Assembly (NCBI GenBank): GCA_043797085.1
Contig: JAZDQA010000012.1
Location: 126,883 to 190,882, forward strand
DNA from: Pseudomonadota bacterium
GTDB lineage: Bacteria > Campylobacterota > Campylobacteria > Campylobacterales > Sulfurimonadaceae
Direction: 5' to 3'
DNA: 64,000 nt
Shown: piece after piece, positions 21,737 to 32,186 of the stretch
Layout: each line of letters starts with the position of its first letter
How positions within the stretch are numbered: the first letter of the stretch is position 1
Notes under the pieces: model-generated
Seen by the model: only the letters and a program-made list of their open reading frames with translations
Databases searched by the model: none
Told to the model about the DNA's origin: nothing
Made by a program: the position numbers and the translations under genes

Positions 21737-22909
21737 TCACGCTTTAACTCTAACAGTTGAGCGTAAACACTCCATCACCCTATCCAAATCAATGGTTGCA
21801 TTTACCTGTGATGGTGGTAATGTTTCGGCAATATACAGGGCTTCAGTAATCTCCTCTACATCCACAAACTGAACATGAGACACGTATTTAAATAACTCAC
21901 GCTGTAAAAATATCTGTTTACCCGTAATAATCTTGCATCCAAAATGAGCAGGTTCTAGGGGATTATGTCCACCGATGGGGGAAAATGCTCCTCCCAAAAT
22001 CGCTATGTCACTGATGGCATAGAGGTTGTTAAGTTCACCCATGGCATCGATGAGGGTAATATCGGCATCCATCGTTTGAGTTTGGCTCCAGCGTGAAAAA
22101 CTATTATTTGGAGCAATTCGTGTAATTAATTCTGCTACTTTAGTAAAACGTTCGGGATGGCGGGGGACGATGAGGAGTTTTACATGAGGATTTCTAACGC
22201 GGTACTCCATAAAGCCCCGTACAATTCCCTCCTCTTCCCCCTCATGGGTACTTCCCGCAACAATCAATAATCCATCGGGTTTCGGATACTCTTTGGTTGC
22301 TTCGATCTTTTGCGCCAGCTTGATGTTTCCGACCACTTCGACATTGTGAGCACCCAACGCAATGAAACGCGCCATATCCTCACTGCTTTGACATAAAATA
22401 CGGTCGCATTTTTCAAATAATCTCGCATAAAACCATCGCATTTTATAGTATTTTGGAAAACTTCGATCACTGATACGGGCATTGAGGGCAATGACCCGTG
22501 CGCCTCGGAGGGTACAAATACTAAATAAAAGATACCAAAACTCTGCTTCTAAGATGACGACGGTTTTAGGAGTACGTATCCAAAACCATAACCATGGCTC
22601 AAAAGGGAGATAACGTACCTCTGCGGTGTATTTGGATGCAGCTTCGTATCCGGTGTGGGTAATGACACTGATAGCGATTTTAAGCCCTTTTAAGCGCTCT
22701 ACTATCGGGGCGATAGCTTTGGCTTCTCCTAAAGAGCAAACATGAAACCAAATATCATGATCTTTGAAGGGACGATTGTTATAGAAAAAAAAGCGAGAGG
22801 GGATAGAAGAACGGTATTTTTTTTTAAAGGATAGAAAAATAATAAAAGGAAGAGCCACCATAAAAAGAACGGTGGCTAATAAGGTATAAAAAAGGTCAAA
22901 CACCTTCAC
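21737..22909 (-). CDS. waaA: 3-deoxy-D-manno-octulosonic acid transferase
   Basis: WFHVCSLGE, NARISDRS, GSTHEGEE, VPRHPERF, GGHNPLEP. Confidence 0.96.
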   Translation of the reverse strand: MKVFDLFYTLLATVLFMVALPFIIFLSFKKKYRSSIPSRFFFYNNRPFKDHDIWFHVCSLGEAKAIAPIVERLKGLKIAISVITHTGYEAASKYTAEVRYLPFEPWLWFWIRTPKTVVILEAEFWYLLFSICTLRGARVIALNARISDRSFPKYYKMRWFYARLFEKCDRILCQSSEDMARFIALGAHNVEVVGNIKLAQKIEATKEYPKPDGLLIVAGSTHEGEEEGIVRGFMEYRVRNPHVKLLIVPRHPERFTKVAELITRIAPNNSFSRWSQTQTMDADITLIDAMGELNNLYAISDIAILGGAFSPIGGHNPLEPAHFGCKIITGKQIFLQRELFKYVSHVQFVDVEEITEALYIAETLPPSQVNATIDLDRVMECLRSTVRVKA

Positions 22910-22917
22910 GAAAAGAT

Positions 22918-23643
22918 TTACGCACCCATCTCTTCAGTAACAGGCTCAAGATACAAAAGACGTCCACAGTGTGGGCACATTGTAATCTCTTCACCTTTGA
23001 TGACTTCGGAATACACTTTGTCACTCAACGCCATGTAGCATCCCATACACGCTTGATTACGAACCGGTACGGCTGTCGTGTTTTTCGCCCAACGACGAAT
23101 TTTTTGATAAAAAGAGAGCCCTTTTTGATTCATTGCACCAACAAGAATCTCTTTTTTAGCAAATATTACTTTACGTTCTTCATCAATTCGTGCCAATTTG
23201 ACATCAACATCCGCTTTTACTCCAGAAAGTTTCCCTTCTACTTCGGATGCTTTTGTCTCAAGTTCTTCGATTTTTGCTTTTTTGTGATCGATAAGTTTTT
23301 CCAAACGTCCAATCTCTTCATTGGCAAAATTAACTTGCTCTTTTGCAATTTCTTCTTCAAGTTGAAGTGATTTCATCTCGCGTTCGGTTTTGATTTCAGC
23401 GCTTTTTTTGCTGTTGTCTTCCAATTTTGCAGAAAGTTCTGCAAGGTGAAGCTCATTTTTTTGCTTCTTGACTTGCTCATCTTTGATCTCATTAGAGAGG
23501 GTTGAAATCTCATTTACCAAAGCTGTTTTTGTGGCTAAAAGAGCGTCGTACTGAAGGTTTGCTTCGTCAATTTGTGGCTCGAACGCATCGATCTCTTTGT
23601 CAATCAACGACAAGTCGATTAGCTGCTCTAAATGTTTGTTCAT
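22918..23643 (-). CDS. Coiled-coil C4 zinc-ribbon protein (HP0958/CT398-like)
   Basis: Long coiled coil with CMGC...CPHCGR C-terminus. Confidence 0.88.
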   Translation of the reverse strand: MNKHLEQLIDLSLIDKEIDAFEPQIDEANLQYDALLATKTALVNEISTLSNEIKDEQVKKQKNELHLAELSAKLEDNSKKSAEIKTEREMKSLQLEEEIAKEQVNFANEEIGRLEKLIDHKKAKIEELETKASEVEGKLSGVKADVDVKLARIDEERKVIFAKKEILVGAMNQKGLSFYQKIRRWAKNTTAVPVRNQACMGCYMALSDKVYSEVIKGEEITMCPHCGRLLYLEPVTEEMGA

Positions 23644-23670
23644 AATGTGCCTTTTTGGGGGTGCTTCATC

Positions 23671-24393
23671 TCAATGGTAAGAGAATGGGTTTTTTGATGG
23701 TGAAATTATAACACTCAAACCTAATTTTTCCAAGTGTGTTGCCAATATCTCTCCAAAATAGCATTCACTTTCATAATGACCAATGTCCAGCATCGACAAT
23801 TCAAGGGCTTTTGCTTCCATCGCATCATGGTATTTTATGTCTCCGGTTAAAAAACAATCTGCTTGGATATTTCGCATTAATGATGCACCGGAACCGGTTA
23901 CCAAAGCACACGAACGGATATGATCATGACACTGTACGCTTCGAATATGGTCAAGCCCCATCGCTTTTTTGATTTTAGATGCAAAAAGTTCAAACGGTTC
24001 ATCCACTCCTAAATAGGCGACAAATCCCTCTTTGGCAATGATCTCATACCCTAATACTTTTGTCGCAACGTATTCGTTGAGATGGGTCTGATCAAAGTTT
24101 GTGTGCATGGCGATGTTGGAAATATTTTTACGAATCATCGGGGCGAGAAGTTTGGCGGGATATTGGTTAAATTGTAACTGCTTGAGTCCTCCGAAGATAA
24201 GGGGATGATGAGTGATAAGCAACGCATTATCTGGAAGAGATTCAAGCAATCCTTCATCCAAATCAATCGAAAGAACGACCGTCGAAATCTCCTGAGTAAA
24301 ATCACCGACCAACAGTCCTGAATTATCCCAACTTTCTTGAAGTGCAAAAGGGGAAAGTTCATCTAAAAAGGTGTAGATTTCTCGTACCGTCAT
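23671..24393 (-). CDS. Nif3-like dinuclear metal-centre protein
   Basis: QESWDNSGL, THHPLIF, HTNFD, GHYESE. Confidence 0.92.
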   Translation of the reverse strand: MTVREIYTFLDELSPFALQESWDNSGLLVGDFTQEISTVVLSIDLDEGLLESLPDNALLITHHPLIFGGLKQLQFNQYPAKLLAPMIRKNISNIAMHTNFDQTHLNEYVATKVLGYEIIAKEGFVAYLGVDEPFELFASKIKKAMGLDHIRSVQCHDHIRSCALVTGSGASLMRNIQADCFLTGDIKYHDAMEAKALELSMLDIGHYESECYFGEILATHLEKLGLSVIISPSKNPFSYH

Positions 24394-25133
24394 TTTTCAT
24401 AACTCCTTTTCTTGCGCTTTACTCTCACATGAATGGACTGAGAGCCAGAAAGTGGATCGGAATATTTGAACTCAAACTCTCCTAATCCTTCGATCAAATC
24501 GACCAATTTTTTGTATCCAAAACTGCGTGGGTCAAATTCGGGAGATTTGTTGATCAAGTTTTGTCCTATTGCCCCCATATACGACCACCCTGCTTCGTTT
24601 GTTGTATCTTCAACCGCATTACGTACCAATTCTAAAAGGGCTTTTGTATCGTGCTTGACGGTAGAGGGAGCGATCGGAGCAGTTGTGGCAGAAGAACGAC
24701 GGAGATTTTCGGTATAGATAAATTTATCACACGCACCGATAAACGATTTAGGTGTTTTTTGCTCACCAAAGCCGTACACTTTAATCCCAGATTCCCGAAT
24801 ACGGCTGGCAAGCCTCGTAAAGTCACTGTCACTGGAAACAATGCAAAAACCGTCAAAATTTTTCGTATACAGTAAATCCATTGCATCGATGATCATGGCG
24901 CTATCCGTCGCGTTTTTCCCTGTTGTGTAGGCGAATTGCTGCATCGGATGAAGTCCGTGTTCAAGCAACACATTTTTCCACCCCTTGAGCTTTACGTCTG
25001 TCCAATCCCCATAAATACGTTTGACACTCGCTACGCCGTGTCCCGCGATTTCATCGAGTAAGCCGGCAATGATAGAGGGCTGAGAATTATCCGCATCGAT
25101 CAATACCGCCAAGCGGGCTTGGTTTTGATTCAC
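24390..25133 (-). CDS. NYN (LabA/DUF88) domain protein with C-terminal OST-HTH/LOTUS domain
   Basis: LIDADN, GKNATD, SSDSDF, FDPRSFGYKKL. Confidence 0.9.
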   Translation of the reverse strand: MNQNQARLAVLIDADNSQPSIIAGLLDEIAGHGVASVKRIYGDWTDVKLKGWKNVLLEHGLHPMQQFAYTTGKNATDSAMIIDAMDLLYTKNFDGFCIVSSDSDFTRLASRIRESGIKVYGFGEQKTPKSFIGACDKFIYTENLRRSSATTAPIAPSTVKHDTKALLELVRNAVEDTTNEAGWSYMGAIGQNLINKSPEFDPRSFGYKKLVDLIEGLGEFEFKYSDPLSGSQSIHVRVKRKKRSYEK

Positions 25134-25726
25134 TTAGCCTCCTTTAATTGCTCCAGCGCTTCGCGTGCTTCTTTAAAATCTTCTTGTAAAGCAAGTGCTT
25201 TCAAATACATCTGCTCTGCTCTCTCAACGTTTCCTTTGTCATTAAAGAGATTTCCATAGTTATAGTAGGTTACTGCGTATTTTGTATCTATGGCAAGTGC
25301 TTTTTCATAGTGTTCTTGTGCGTGTTCAAAATCACCTTGGGCTTTATATATGGATGCTATGGCTAAATGAGTTAAGTCATCCGTCGCATCAAGTTCCAAG
25401 GAACGGCTGTAGAGAGAAATTGCTTCTTCTGTATTTCCCATCTTGCCATTGATAAAGGCACGTTTGTTAAGAATTTCAGTGTTATTTGGAAATTGGGTAT
25501 TCGCGCGGTTAAGTTTCTCCAACGCACGCTCAAAATCTCCCTCACTGTACGCTTCATCAGCTTCTACGATTAAATCCGCTGAGTTATCTATCAAAACATC
25601 CTTGGTCGAAATCGGTTCTGACGCTTCATTTTTTGGGGCAGGATCTTCCAATGTTTGAACGTGACGATAAATCTGGTAAGCAAAAAATACGGTTGCACCC
25701 AACATAATAATGGCAAATATACTCAT
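25130..25726 (-). CDS. Membrane-anchored tetratricopeptide-repeat protein
   Basis: N-terminal TM helix, TPR-like repeats (YYNYGNL, YEKALA); ATG after AAGGAG. Confidence 0.85.
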   Translation of the reverse strand: MSIFAIIMLGATVFFAYQIYRHVQTLEDPAPKNEASEPISTKDVLIDNSADLIVEADEAYSEGDFERALEKLNRANTQFPNNTEILNKRAFINGKMGNTEEAISLYSRSLELDATDDLTHLAIASIYKAQGDFEHAQEHYEKALAIDTKYAVTYYNYGNLFNDKGNVERAEQMYLKALALQEDFKEAREALEQLKEAK

Positions 25727-25788
25727 AGAACTCCTTTTTGTAATCAAAGTATACTATAATCGCAACAACATAATAATAGGTACACAGC

Positions 25789-27888
25789 ATGCACAGTAAT
25801 TTAAAAGATCCAGCCCTTTATATCAACCGTGAACTTTCATGGCTTCATTTTAATACCCGTGTTTTAGGGCAAGCACAAGACGAATCCTTACCGTTACTTG
25901 AACGCTTGAAATTTCTTGCAATTTACGGAACCAATCTTGATGAATTTTACATGATTCGCGTTGCAGGACTCAAAAAGCTCTTTAGTGCGGGTGTCAACGT
26001 CTCCGGTGCCGATCGATTTACTCCTCTTCATCAGCTTCGTGAAATACGGACATATCTCCATACCGAGCAACAAGAGGTCGAGAAGTGCTTACTGGGAATA
26101 ATGCAATCTCTTGAAAAAGAGGGGATTTTTTTCAAATCCTACAAAGAGGTAACGCAACAAGAGCAGCAGTATTTGGATCGTTATTTTCATGAAAATATCT
26201 ATTCGGTTATTGTTCCTATCGCCATCGATGCGACTCATCCGTTTCCTCATCTCAACAACCTCGGATTTGGGCAAATTGTCAAACTCAGAGACAAAGATGA
26301 TACAGCAATCGAACGCTATGGACTGATCCGTATACCACGAGTATTACCGCGTTTTGTGGACATCGACAACCGTATTTATGTCCCGATCGGAAGCGTTGTT
26401 GCCGAACACATCGATGATCTTTTTCCCGGATATGAGCTCATCAAATTTTCGGCATTCCGTGTCACCCGTAATGCTGACATCGCCATCGAAGAGGAGGAAG
26501 CCGATGACTTTATGGAGATGCTCGAAGAGGGGCTGAAGCTACGTAAAAAAGGGGAATTGGTTCGACTGGAACTGAGCAATCACGCCGATGATGACCTATT
26601 AAATTTCTTTAACCGTCACGCCAATGTTTTCAAAGATGATATTTACCGTTTTCAAACCTATCTCAATCTCGGAGCACTCTGGCAAGTAGTTGGAAATAAA
26701 GATTTTGCCCATCTTACGAGCCCCAGTTTTAAACCTCGAAATCTCCCTCCTCTTAATTCGGATGAAAATCTTTACTCCATTTTGGACAAACAAGACTTGG
26801 TTATCTTTCACCCTTTTGAGAGTTTTGAACCTGTTGTTCGCCTAATCCAAACGGCAGCAAAAGATCCCGATGTTGTCTCCATTCGTATGACGCTTTATCG
26901 TTCAGGATCTAAATCCGTTATCGTCCAATCCCTCATTGCCGCAGCCGAATCGGGCAAACAAGTAACGGTTATGGTGGAGCTCAAAGCCCGTTTTGATGAA
27001 GAGAACAACCTCATTTGGGCAAAAGCACTTGAAAGTGCCGGAGCGCATGTTATTTATGGTATCTCAGGGTTTAAAGTTCACGCCAAAGCTGCCCTCATCA
27101 CCCGTCGTGTTGGTGGAAAACTTAAACAATACGGTCACCTTGCTACAGGTAATTACAATCCTTCCACTGCTACTATCTATACCGATATTAGCTACATGAC
27201 ATCCAACGATGCTATCACCAACGATATGACTCGCTTTTTTCACTTTCTCACGGGCTTTAGTAAAAAAGGGAAACTAAACGAGCTATATATGGCTCCAACA
27301 CAGATTAAACCAAAAATTCTCTCTCTTATCCATAACGAAACCCGCATGGGAGGTGAAGGTGTTATCATCGCTAAGATGAACGCACTTGTCGATGACGATA
27401 TTATTAAAGCTTTGTATAAAGCATCTCAAGCGGGTGTTAAAATCCAGCTTATTATTCGAGGAGTGTGCTGTTTGCGTCCTGGAGTTGAGGGAATCAGTGA
27501 AAACATTCGCGTTATCTCCATCATCGGAAAATATCTTGAGCATGCTCGGATTTTTTATTTTAAACACTCTGCTCCGCAAACGTACATTTCCAGTGCCGAT
27601 TGGATGCCTCGTAACCTTTTGCGTCGTATCGAACTGCTTACTCCGATTGCAGGGGAAGAGGCTTCGGGTAAACTTCTTCAAATTTTACAATTGCAGATTT
27701 CAGATAATGCTTTGGCGCATGAGCTTCAAAGTGATGGAACGTATACCAAAATTGCTCACGAAAGCAATAATGCCATCAACTCACACCAAATTGTTGAAAG
27801 CACAACCAATAAAGTATATAATTCCGCCAAAAAACAATCTCCCAATTACATGCAGCAACTCACGTCACGCTTGTTTAGAGAAAGTTGA
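25789..27888 (+). CDS. ppk1: Polyphosphate kinase 1
   Basis: NRELSWL, NLDEFYMIRVAG, ARFDEENN, KVHAK, YLEHAR, SADWMPRN; TATAAT at 25755-25760. Confidence 0.97.
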   Translation: MHSNLKDPALYINRELSWLHFNTRVLGQAQDESLPLLERLKFLAIYGTNLDEFYMIRVAGLKKLFSAGVNVSGADRFTPLHQLREIRTYLHTEQQEVEKCLLGIMQSLEKEGIFFKSYKEVTQQEQQYLDRYFHENIYSVIVPIAIDATHPFPHLNNLGFGQIVKLRDKDDTAIERYGLIRIPRVLPRFVDIDNRIYVPIGSVVAEHIDDLFPGYELIKFSAFRVTRNADIAIEEEEADDFMEMLEEGLKLRKKGELVRLELSNHADDDLLNFFNRHANVFKDDIYRFQTYLNLGALWQVVGNKDFAHLTSPSFKPRNLPPLNSDENLYSILDKQDLVIFHPFESFEPVVRLIQTAAKDPDVVSIRMTLYRSGSKSVIVQSLIAAAESGKQVTVMVELKARFDEENNLIWAKALESAGAHVIYGISGFKVHAKAALITRRVGGKLKQYGHLATGNYNPSTATIYTDISYMTSNDAITNDMTRFFHFLTGFSKKGKLNELYMAPTQIKPKILSLIHNETRMGGEGVIIAKMNALVDDDIIKALYKASQAGVKIQLIIRGVCCLRPGVEGISENIRVISIIGKYLEHARIFYFKHSAPQTYISSADWMPRNLLRRIELLTPIAGEEASGKLLQILQLQISDNALAHELQSDGTYTKIAHESNNAINSHQIVESTTNKVYNSAKKQSPNYMQQLTSRLFRES

Positions 27889-27904
27889 CCCACAAGGAAC
27901 GTCT

Positions 27905-28441
27905 ATGCTCGGAAATTATCTCAACTATACGCCAACCCTCAAAGAACGGGTTTGGATTGCCCCCTCTGCCGATGTAATTGGTCGCGTTGAAATGGGTGAG
28001 GATGTAAGTATTTGGTTTGGATGTGTTGTACGCGGGGATGTCCATTTTATCAAAATCGGTGATCGCAGTAACATCCAAGATTTGAGCATGGTTCACGTCA
28101 CCCACCACAAACGTGATGATATGAGTGACGGGTATCCTACCATAATCGGCAACGATGTCACCGTCGGTCATCGTGTTATGCTCCACGGCTGTACGATCGA
28201 AGATGCGTGTTTAATCGGAATGAGTGCCACTATCCTCGATGGGGCTGTCATTGGCAAGGAATCCATCGTCGGTGCAGGTGCATTGGTCACTAAAAATAAA
28301 ATCTTTCCTCCACGCTCACTCATCATGGGAAGCCCTGCGAAAGTGGTGAGAGAACTCACCGATGAAGAAGTTGCTGAACTTTATGCCTCTGCACGCCGCT
28401 ATGTGAGCTTTAAAGAAAACTACCGCGCCCCGAATGTTTGA
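27905..28441 (+). CDS. Gamma carbonic anhydrase family (YrdA-like) hexapeptide-repeat protein
   Basis: VVRGDV, NIQD..VH, TVGH..LHGC; true start taken as ATG 27905. Confidence 0.92.
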   Translation: MLGNYLNYTPTLKERVWIAPSADVIGRVEMGEDVSIWFGCVVRGDVHFIKIGDRSNIQDLSMVHVTHHKRDDMSDGYPTIIGNDVTVGHRVMLHGCTIEDACLIGMSATILDGAVIGKESIVGAGALVTKNKIFPPRSLIMGSPAKVVRELTDEEVAELYASARRYVSFKENYRAPNV

Positions 28442-29057
28442 ATTTAATCTCGTTGTTGTCGCTGATATTCTCGGAATCATTGCATTTGCTTTAAGCGGAT
28501 TTTTGATCGGGGTACGTCATAAACTTGATTTATTGGGACTCATCATCTCGGCTTCCATCACAGCCCTTGGCGGTGGGGTAGTTCGTGATGTTATTTTGGA
28601 TCGTACTCCGTTTGCGTTTAATGAATACTACCCTGCCATTACCGTCTTTGCCACCATTACGATTGCTTTTATGTTTCGTAATAATTTGCGTGAGGAGCTA
28701 GAACGCCAATGGCTTTTTGTCATCAGTGACACTATCGGTCTAGTAGCATTTAGTATCACTGGAGCACTGCTCGCGATTGACGCCCAGTTTAACTTTTTTG
28801 GGGTCATAATACTCAGCTTTTTAACGGCTGTCGGCGGAGGTGTATTGCGCGATACGATGATTAATCAAGTACCTTCCGTTCTCATCAGCGATTTTTACGG
28901 CTCCATAGCCCTTATCGTTGCGATCTTGCTCATCATTTCCAATGCTCTTTGGAATCTCAATACCGCAAGTGTCGCCATCATCGCCACCCTCGCGATTACA
29001 CTGCGCCTTTTAGCCTATACCAAACAATGGCACTTGCCGAAACTGGAAATAAAATGA
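28434..29057 (+). CDS. TRIC/UPF0126 (YadS-like) membrane protein
   Basis: Duplicated TAxGGGxxRD motifs. Confidence 0.9.
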   Translation: MFEFNLVVVADILGIIAFALSGFLIGVRHKLDLLGLIISASITALGGGVVRDVILDRTPFAFNEYYPAITVFATITIAFMFRNNLREELERQWLFVISDTIGLVAFSITGALLAIDAQFNFFGVIILSFLTAVGGGVLRDTMINQVPSVLISDFYGSIALIVAILLIISNALWNLNTASVAIIATLAITLRLLAYTKQWHLPKLEIK

Positions 29058-29935
29058 ATAAATTTTGGAAAATAGTCCTCATTCTTTTCGTACTTGGAGC
29101 ACTCGACATCGGGCGCTATGCTGTTTATCCCAATATTGCCGCTCTAAAAAATGAGCGTCCCATACCGACTGCTTTTATGGAATATCGAGAAAACCAGTGG
29201 GCAGATGAAAATCGAGATATGCACCTCACCCACAAATGGGTCAGTATGGATAAAATCTCTCCCAACATTATCAAAGCAGTTCTTATTGGAGAAGATGACG
29301 GATTTTGGAAACACGACGGTTTTGACGTCAAAGGGATGGAAAACGCTATCGAGCGCAGTATCAAGAAAAAAACCTTAGCCGGCGGAAGCACCATCAGCCA
29401 ACAACTCTCGAAAAATCTCTACCTCTCACCGAGTAAAAATCCTGTACGAAAAATCAAAGAGGCAATTCTCACATGGCGGATCGAAAAAACACTCTCCAAA
29501 CGCCGTATTTTAGAGATTTATCTCAACGTCGCTGAGTGGGGTGATGGAATATTCGGTATCGAAGCAGCCTCTCGTCATTATTACCACAAAAGTGCCAAAA
29601 ACCTCACAGCCAACGAAGCTTCAAGACTCGCTGCCGTCTTGCCAAATCCTATTAAATACAATCCGACAGGAAACCAAAAATACGTCAAAAACCGTGCTCG
29701 TATCATTCTAAAAACCATGAAGCGCAGAGGTGTCATCCAATCCATTTATAAAGAGGTTATGACACCCGTAAAAGAAGAGGATCTACCCGCAACAACTGAA
29801 ATGAATGCTTCTATAGAGTCATTATTTGATACGTCCACAAGTGATACACCCACAGAAAACAGCGAGTCTTCCGCAACTGAAAACCCCGTAGAATCCTCTG
29901 TCTTTATGCAGGATGAGGGGAATGTGACGCAGTAG
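29054..29935 (+). CDS. mtgA: Monofunctional peptidoglycan transglycosylase
   Basis: EDDGFWKHDGFD, GGSTISQQLSKN, EIYLNVAEWG; ATG overlaps upstream stop. Confidence 0.93.
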   Translation: MNKFWKIVLILFVLGALDIGRYAVYPNIAALKNERPIPTAFMEYRENQWADENRDMHLTHKWVSMDKISPNIIKAVLIGEDDGFWKHDGFDVKGMENAIERSIKKKTLAGGSTISQQLSKNLYLSPSKNPVRKIKEAILTWRIEKTLSKRRILEIYLNVAEWGDGIFGIEAASRHYYHKSAKNLTANEASRLAAVLPNPIKYNPTGNQKYVKNRARIILKTMKRRGVIQSIYKEVMTPVKEEDLPATTEMNASIESLFDTSTSDTPTENSESSATENPVESSVFMQDEGNVTQ

Positions 29936-29937
29936 TT

Positions 29938-31179
29938 TTACTTGCTTTTGATCCGTCCCAAAGTAGCAAGCGCTATCAATGAAGCCAAAATAAGCAAATA
30001 GGCAGGAGCATACGCGTTTGAACTGACTTTTACTAAAGAGGTCATCAATGCCGGAGTAATTCCACCAACAAGTCCTGCTGCACTGCCTAAAATCAAAGCG
30101 GTAAACGAGGCTCGGTATCCGTGGTACTCAAGCGCATGAACGACGGCTGAAAAGATCGGTGCTTGATAAGCACACAGCAAAATCACCATTGCCATTACCG
30201 CACCAAGAGCACCGTAATATCCCCCATGCATCATCGCATACATCAACGGATAGATGGTAACAGCACTTACAAATGCTGCTGTTCTCATCACTCGAATCGA
30301 ACCGAATTTATCCGCAACCATCGCCATCAAAGGGATGAAAATCACCCCTAGGATAATGGAAATGGTATTGATATTTCCGGCTTGTGGTTTGGTCAATCCC
30401 GCACTTGCTTCAAGCCAAATAGGAAGATAAATAAACAACGTGTAATAAAACATCCAAATCACAGAAGCAACGATGAGAAATTGTCCGAAAATCTTTTTGT
30501 GCTCTTTGAAAATTGCTACCAACGGAATCGTTTTATCCTCATGCGCCTGATAGTTATCCGTGAGGTTTCTTCGTAAATACAACCCTGCTGCCGCAATGAA
30601 AATACTCAAGATAAACGGAATTCTCCATCCCCACTCACCCATTGAATCCTCACCCAAATACCAAAGCAATCCGCCACACAGTGCCGAACCCAGCGCCATC
30701 CCGATTTTTGCACCGACAGATACGAATGATCCGTAAAGATTTTGGCGATTGGGACTGGATTGTTCTACGAGATAGACGATGGAACTTGCGTATTCTCCTC
30801 CCACAGAGAGACCTTGAATCATACGTAGTAATACCAGTAATATTGGTGCCATTATCCCTATTTGCGCGTATGTCGGTAAAAATCCGATCAGAAATGTCGG
30901 CAGTGCCATCAACATCAGCGATGCCATAAGAGCATAACGTCGCCCTACTCTATCCCCGATATGACCAAAAATAGCAGCCCCAACAGGGCGCATAATCATA
31001 CCTGCCGCAAACGCTCCAAAAGAACCTAGCAAGGATAGAAAAGGGTCATCTGATGGGAAAAAGAGCTTCCCCATCATCACCGCTAAAAAACCGATAAGGG
31101 CAAAATCGTAATACTCGATGACGTTGCCGATAATTCCTGCGGCGATAATACGTTTTTTAGACCCGATCAAACAATCCAC
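29938..31179 (-). CDS. MFS transporter, ProP/MHS family
   Basis: GNVIEYYDF, GDRVGRR, QGLSVGGEY. Confidence 0.92.
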   Translation of the reverse strand: MDCLIGSKKRIIAAGIIGNVIEYYDFALIGFLAVMMGKLFFPSDDPFLSLLGSFGAFAAGMIMRPVGAAIFGHIGDRVGRRYALMASLMLMALPTFLIGFLPTYAQIGIMAPILLVLLRMIQGLSVGGEYASSIVYLVEQSSPNRQNLYGSFVSVGAKIGMALGSALCGGLLWYLGEDSMGEWGWRIPFILSIFIAAAGLYLRRNLTDNYQAHEDKTIPLVAIFKEHKKIFGQFLIVASVIWMFYYTLFIYLPIWLEASAGLTKPQAGNINTISIILGVIFIPLMAMVADKFGSIRVMRTAAFVSAVTIYPLMYAMMHGGYYGALGAVMAMVILLCAYQAPIFSAVVHALEYHGYRASFTALILGSAAGLVGGITPALMTSLVKVSSNAYAPAYLLILASLIALATLGRIKSK

Positions 31180-32186
31180 CCACCGCCGAGAAGCGTGTCC
31201 CCATCATAAAAGACACCCGCTTGACCGGAGGCAACACCCAGTACGGGTTCATGCAACTCTACCGTAGCATGATTGCCATCAATGACAACATAACATCGCA
31301 CTGCAGTAGTTCGATAGCGAAGTTTCACATCGCATTCAAAACTGACGCGATCATCAAACATATTGACATTTTCCAGCACGACACGATGGCACTCTAATGC
31401 TTCACGAGGACCTACTACGATTTGATTGGTATCGGGTCTGATTTCTACAACGAAATGAGGATCATGCGCACCGTGAACACTAAATCCTTTACGTTTTCCG
31501 ATGGTATAGTGCATGTAGCCTTTATGCTTACCGACCACTTTACCCTCAAGATTTAGAACATCACCCTCAACATCCACATTGACATACGGCTTTAACACAT
31601 CTGCATAGGTCGTTTCCACAAAACAAATCTCACTGGATTCTCCTTGCGAAGCAAACGATTCTAATCCTGAAATACCGGCAGCATACGCTTTTATATCTGT
31701 TTTATGCTTTTCACCCAGAGGGAAAAGGAGACGGGGAACCAATGCGGGGTCGATGTAAAAAAGAAAATAGCTTTGATCTTTTGTATCGTCTTCTGCCATC
31801 TGGAGATATTGTCCGTTATGGCGAATATAGTGTCCTGTTGCTATAAAATCTGCCCCCAAAGAATCCGCAAACTCTACCATTGCCCCAAATTTAATATTAC
31901 GGTTACACAATGCACACGGATTAGGAGTTTTTCCCTCTTTATACGTTTCAATAAAAGGGGTAAAAACTTTTTCATTGAATTTTTCTTGCAAATCAAGGAT
32001 ATGAAGTTTTACCCCTGCAAAATCAGCGGCTTTTTGCGCGCGGGCTTGATGGATTTCATGATAGCCCGGTTTCGAATGGAGCTTCATATACACCCCTTCT
32101 ACCTCGTAGCCTTGCTCTTTTAACAATAATGTCGAAACGGTAGAATCTACTCCTCCGCTCATCCCGATGACTACTTTTTGTCTCAT
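31167..32186 (-). CDS. mnmA: tRNA 2-thiouridine(34) synthase
   Basis: SGGVDS, TPNPC..CN, ATGHY, KDQSYFL, EICF. Confidence 0.96.
   Translation of the reverse strand: MRQKVVIGMSGGVDSTVSTLLLKEQGYEVEGVYMKLHSKPGYHEIHQARAQKAADFAGVKLHILDLQEKFNEKVFTPFIETYKEGKTPNPCALCNRNIKFGAMVEFADSLGADFIATGHYIRHNGQYLQMAEDDTKDQSYFLFYIDPALVPRLLFPLGEKHKTDIKAYAAGISGLESFASQGESSEICFVETTYADVLKPYVNVDVEGDVLNLEGKVVGKHKGYMHYTIGKRKGFSVHGAHDPHFVVEIRPDTNQIVVGPREALECHRVVLENVNMFDDRVSFECDVKLRYRTTAVRCYVVIDGNHATVELHEPVLGVASGQAGVFYDGDTLLGGGWIV

Noticed and set aside
27386..27904. N-terminal extension of the 351-aa ORF
   Set aside because: Overlaps ppk1 in another frame; gamma-CA similarity begins only at ATG 27905.
28949..29053. Longer mtgA start
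   Set aside because: Overlaps the TRIC gene; ATG 29054 is coupled to the upstream stop and starts the TM anchor.
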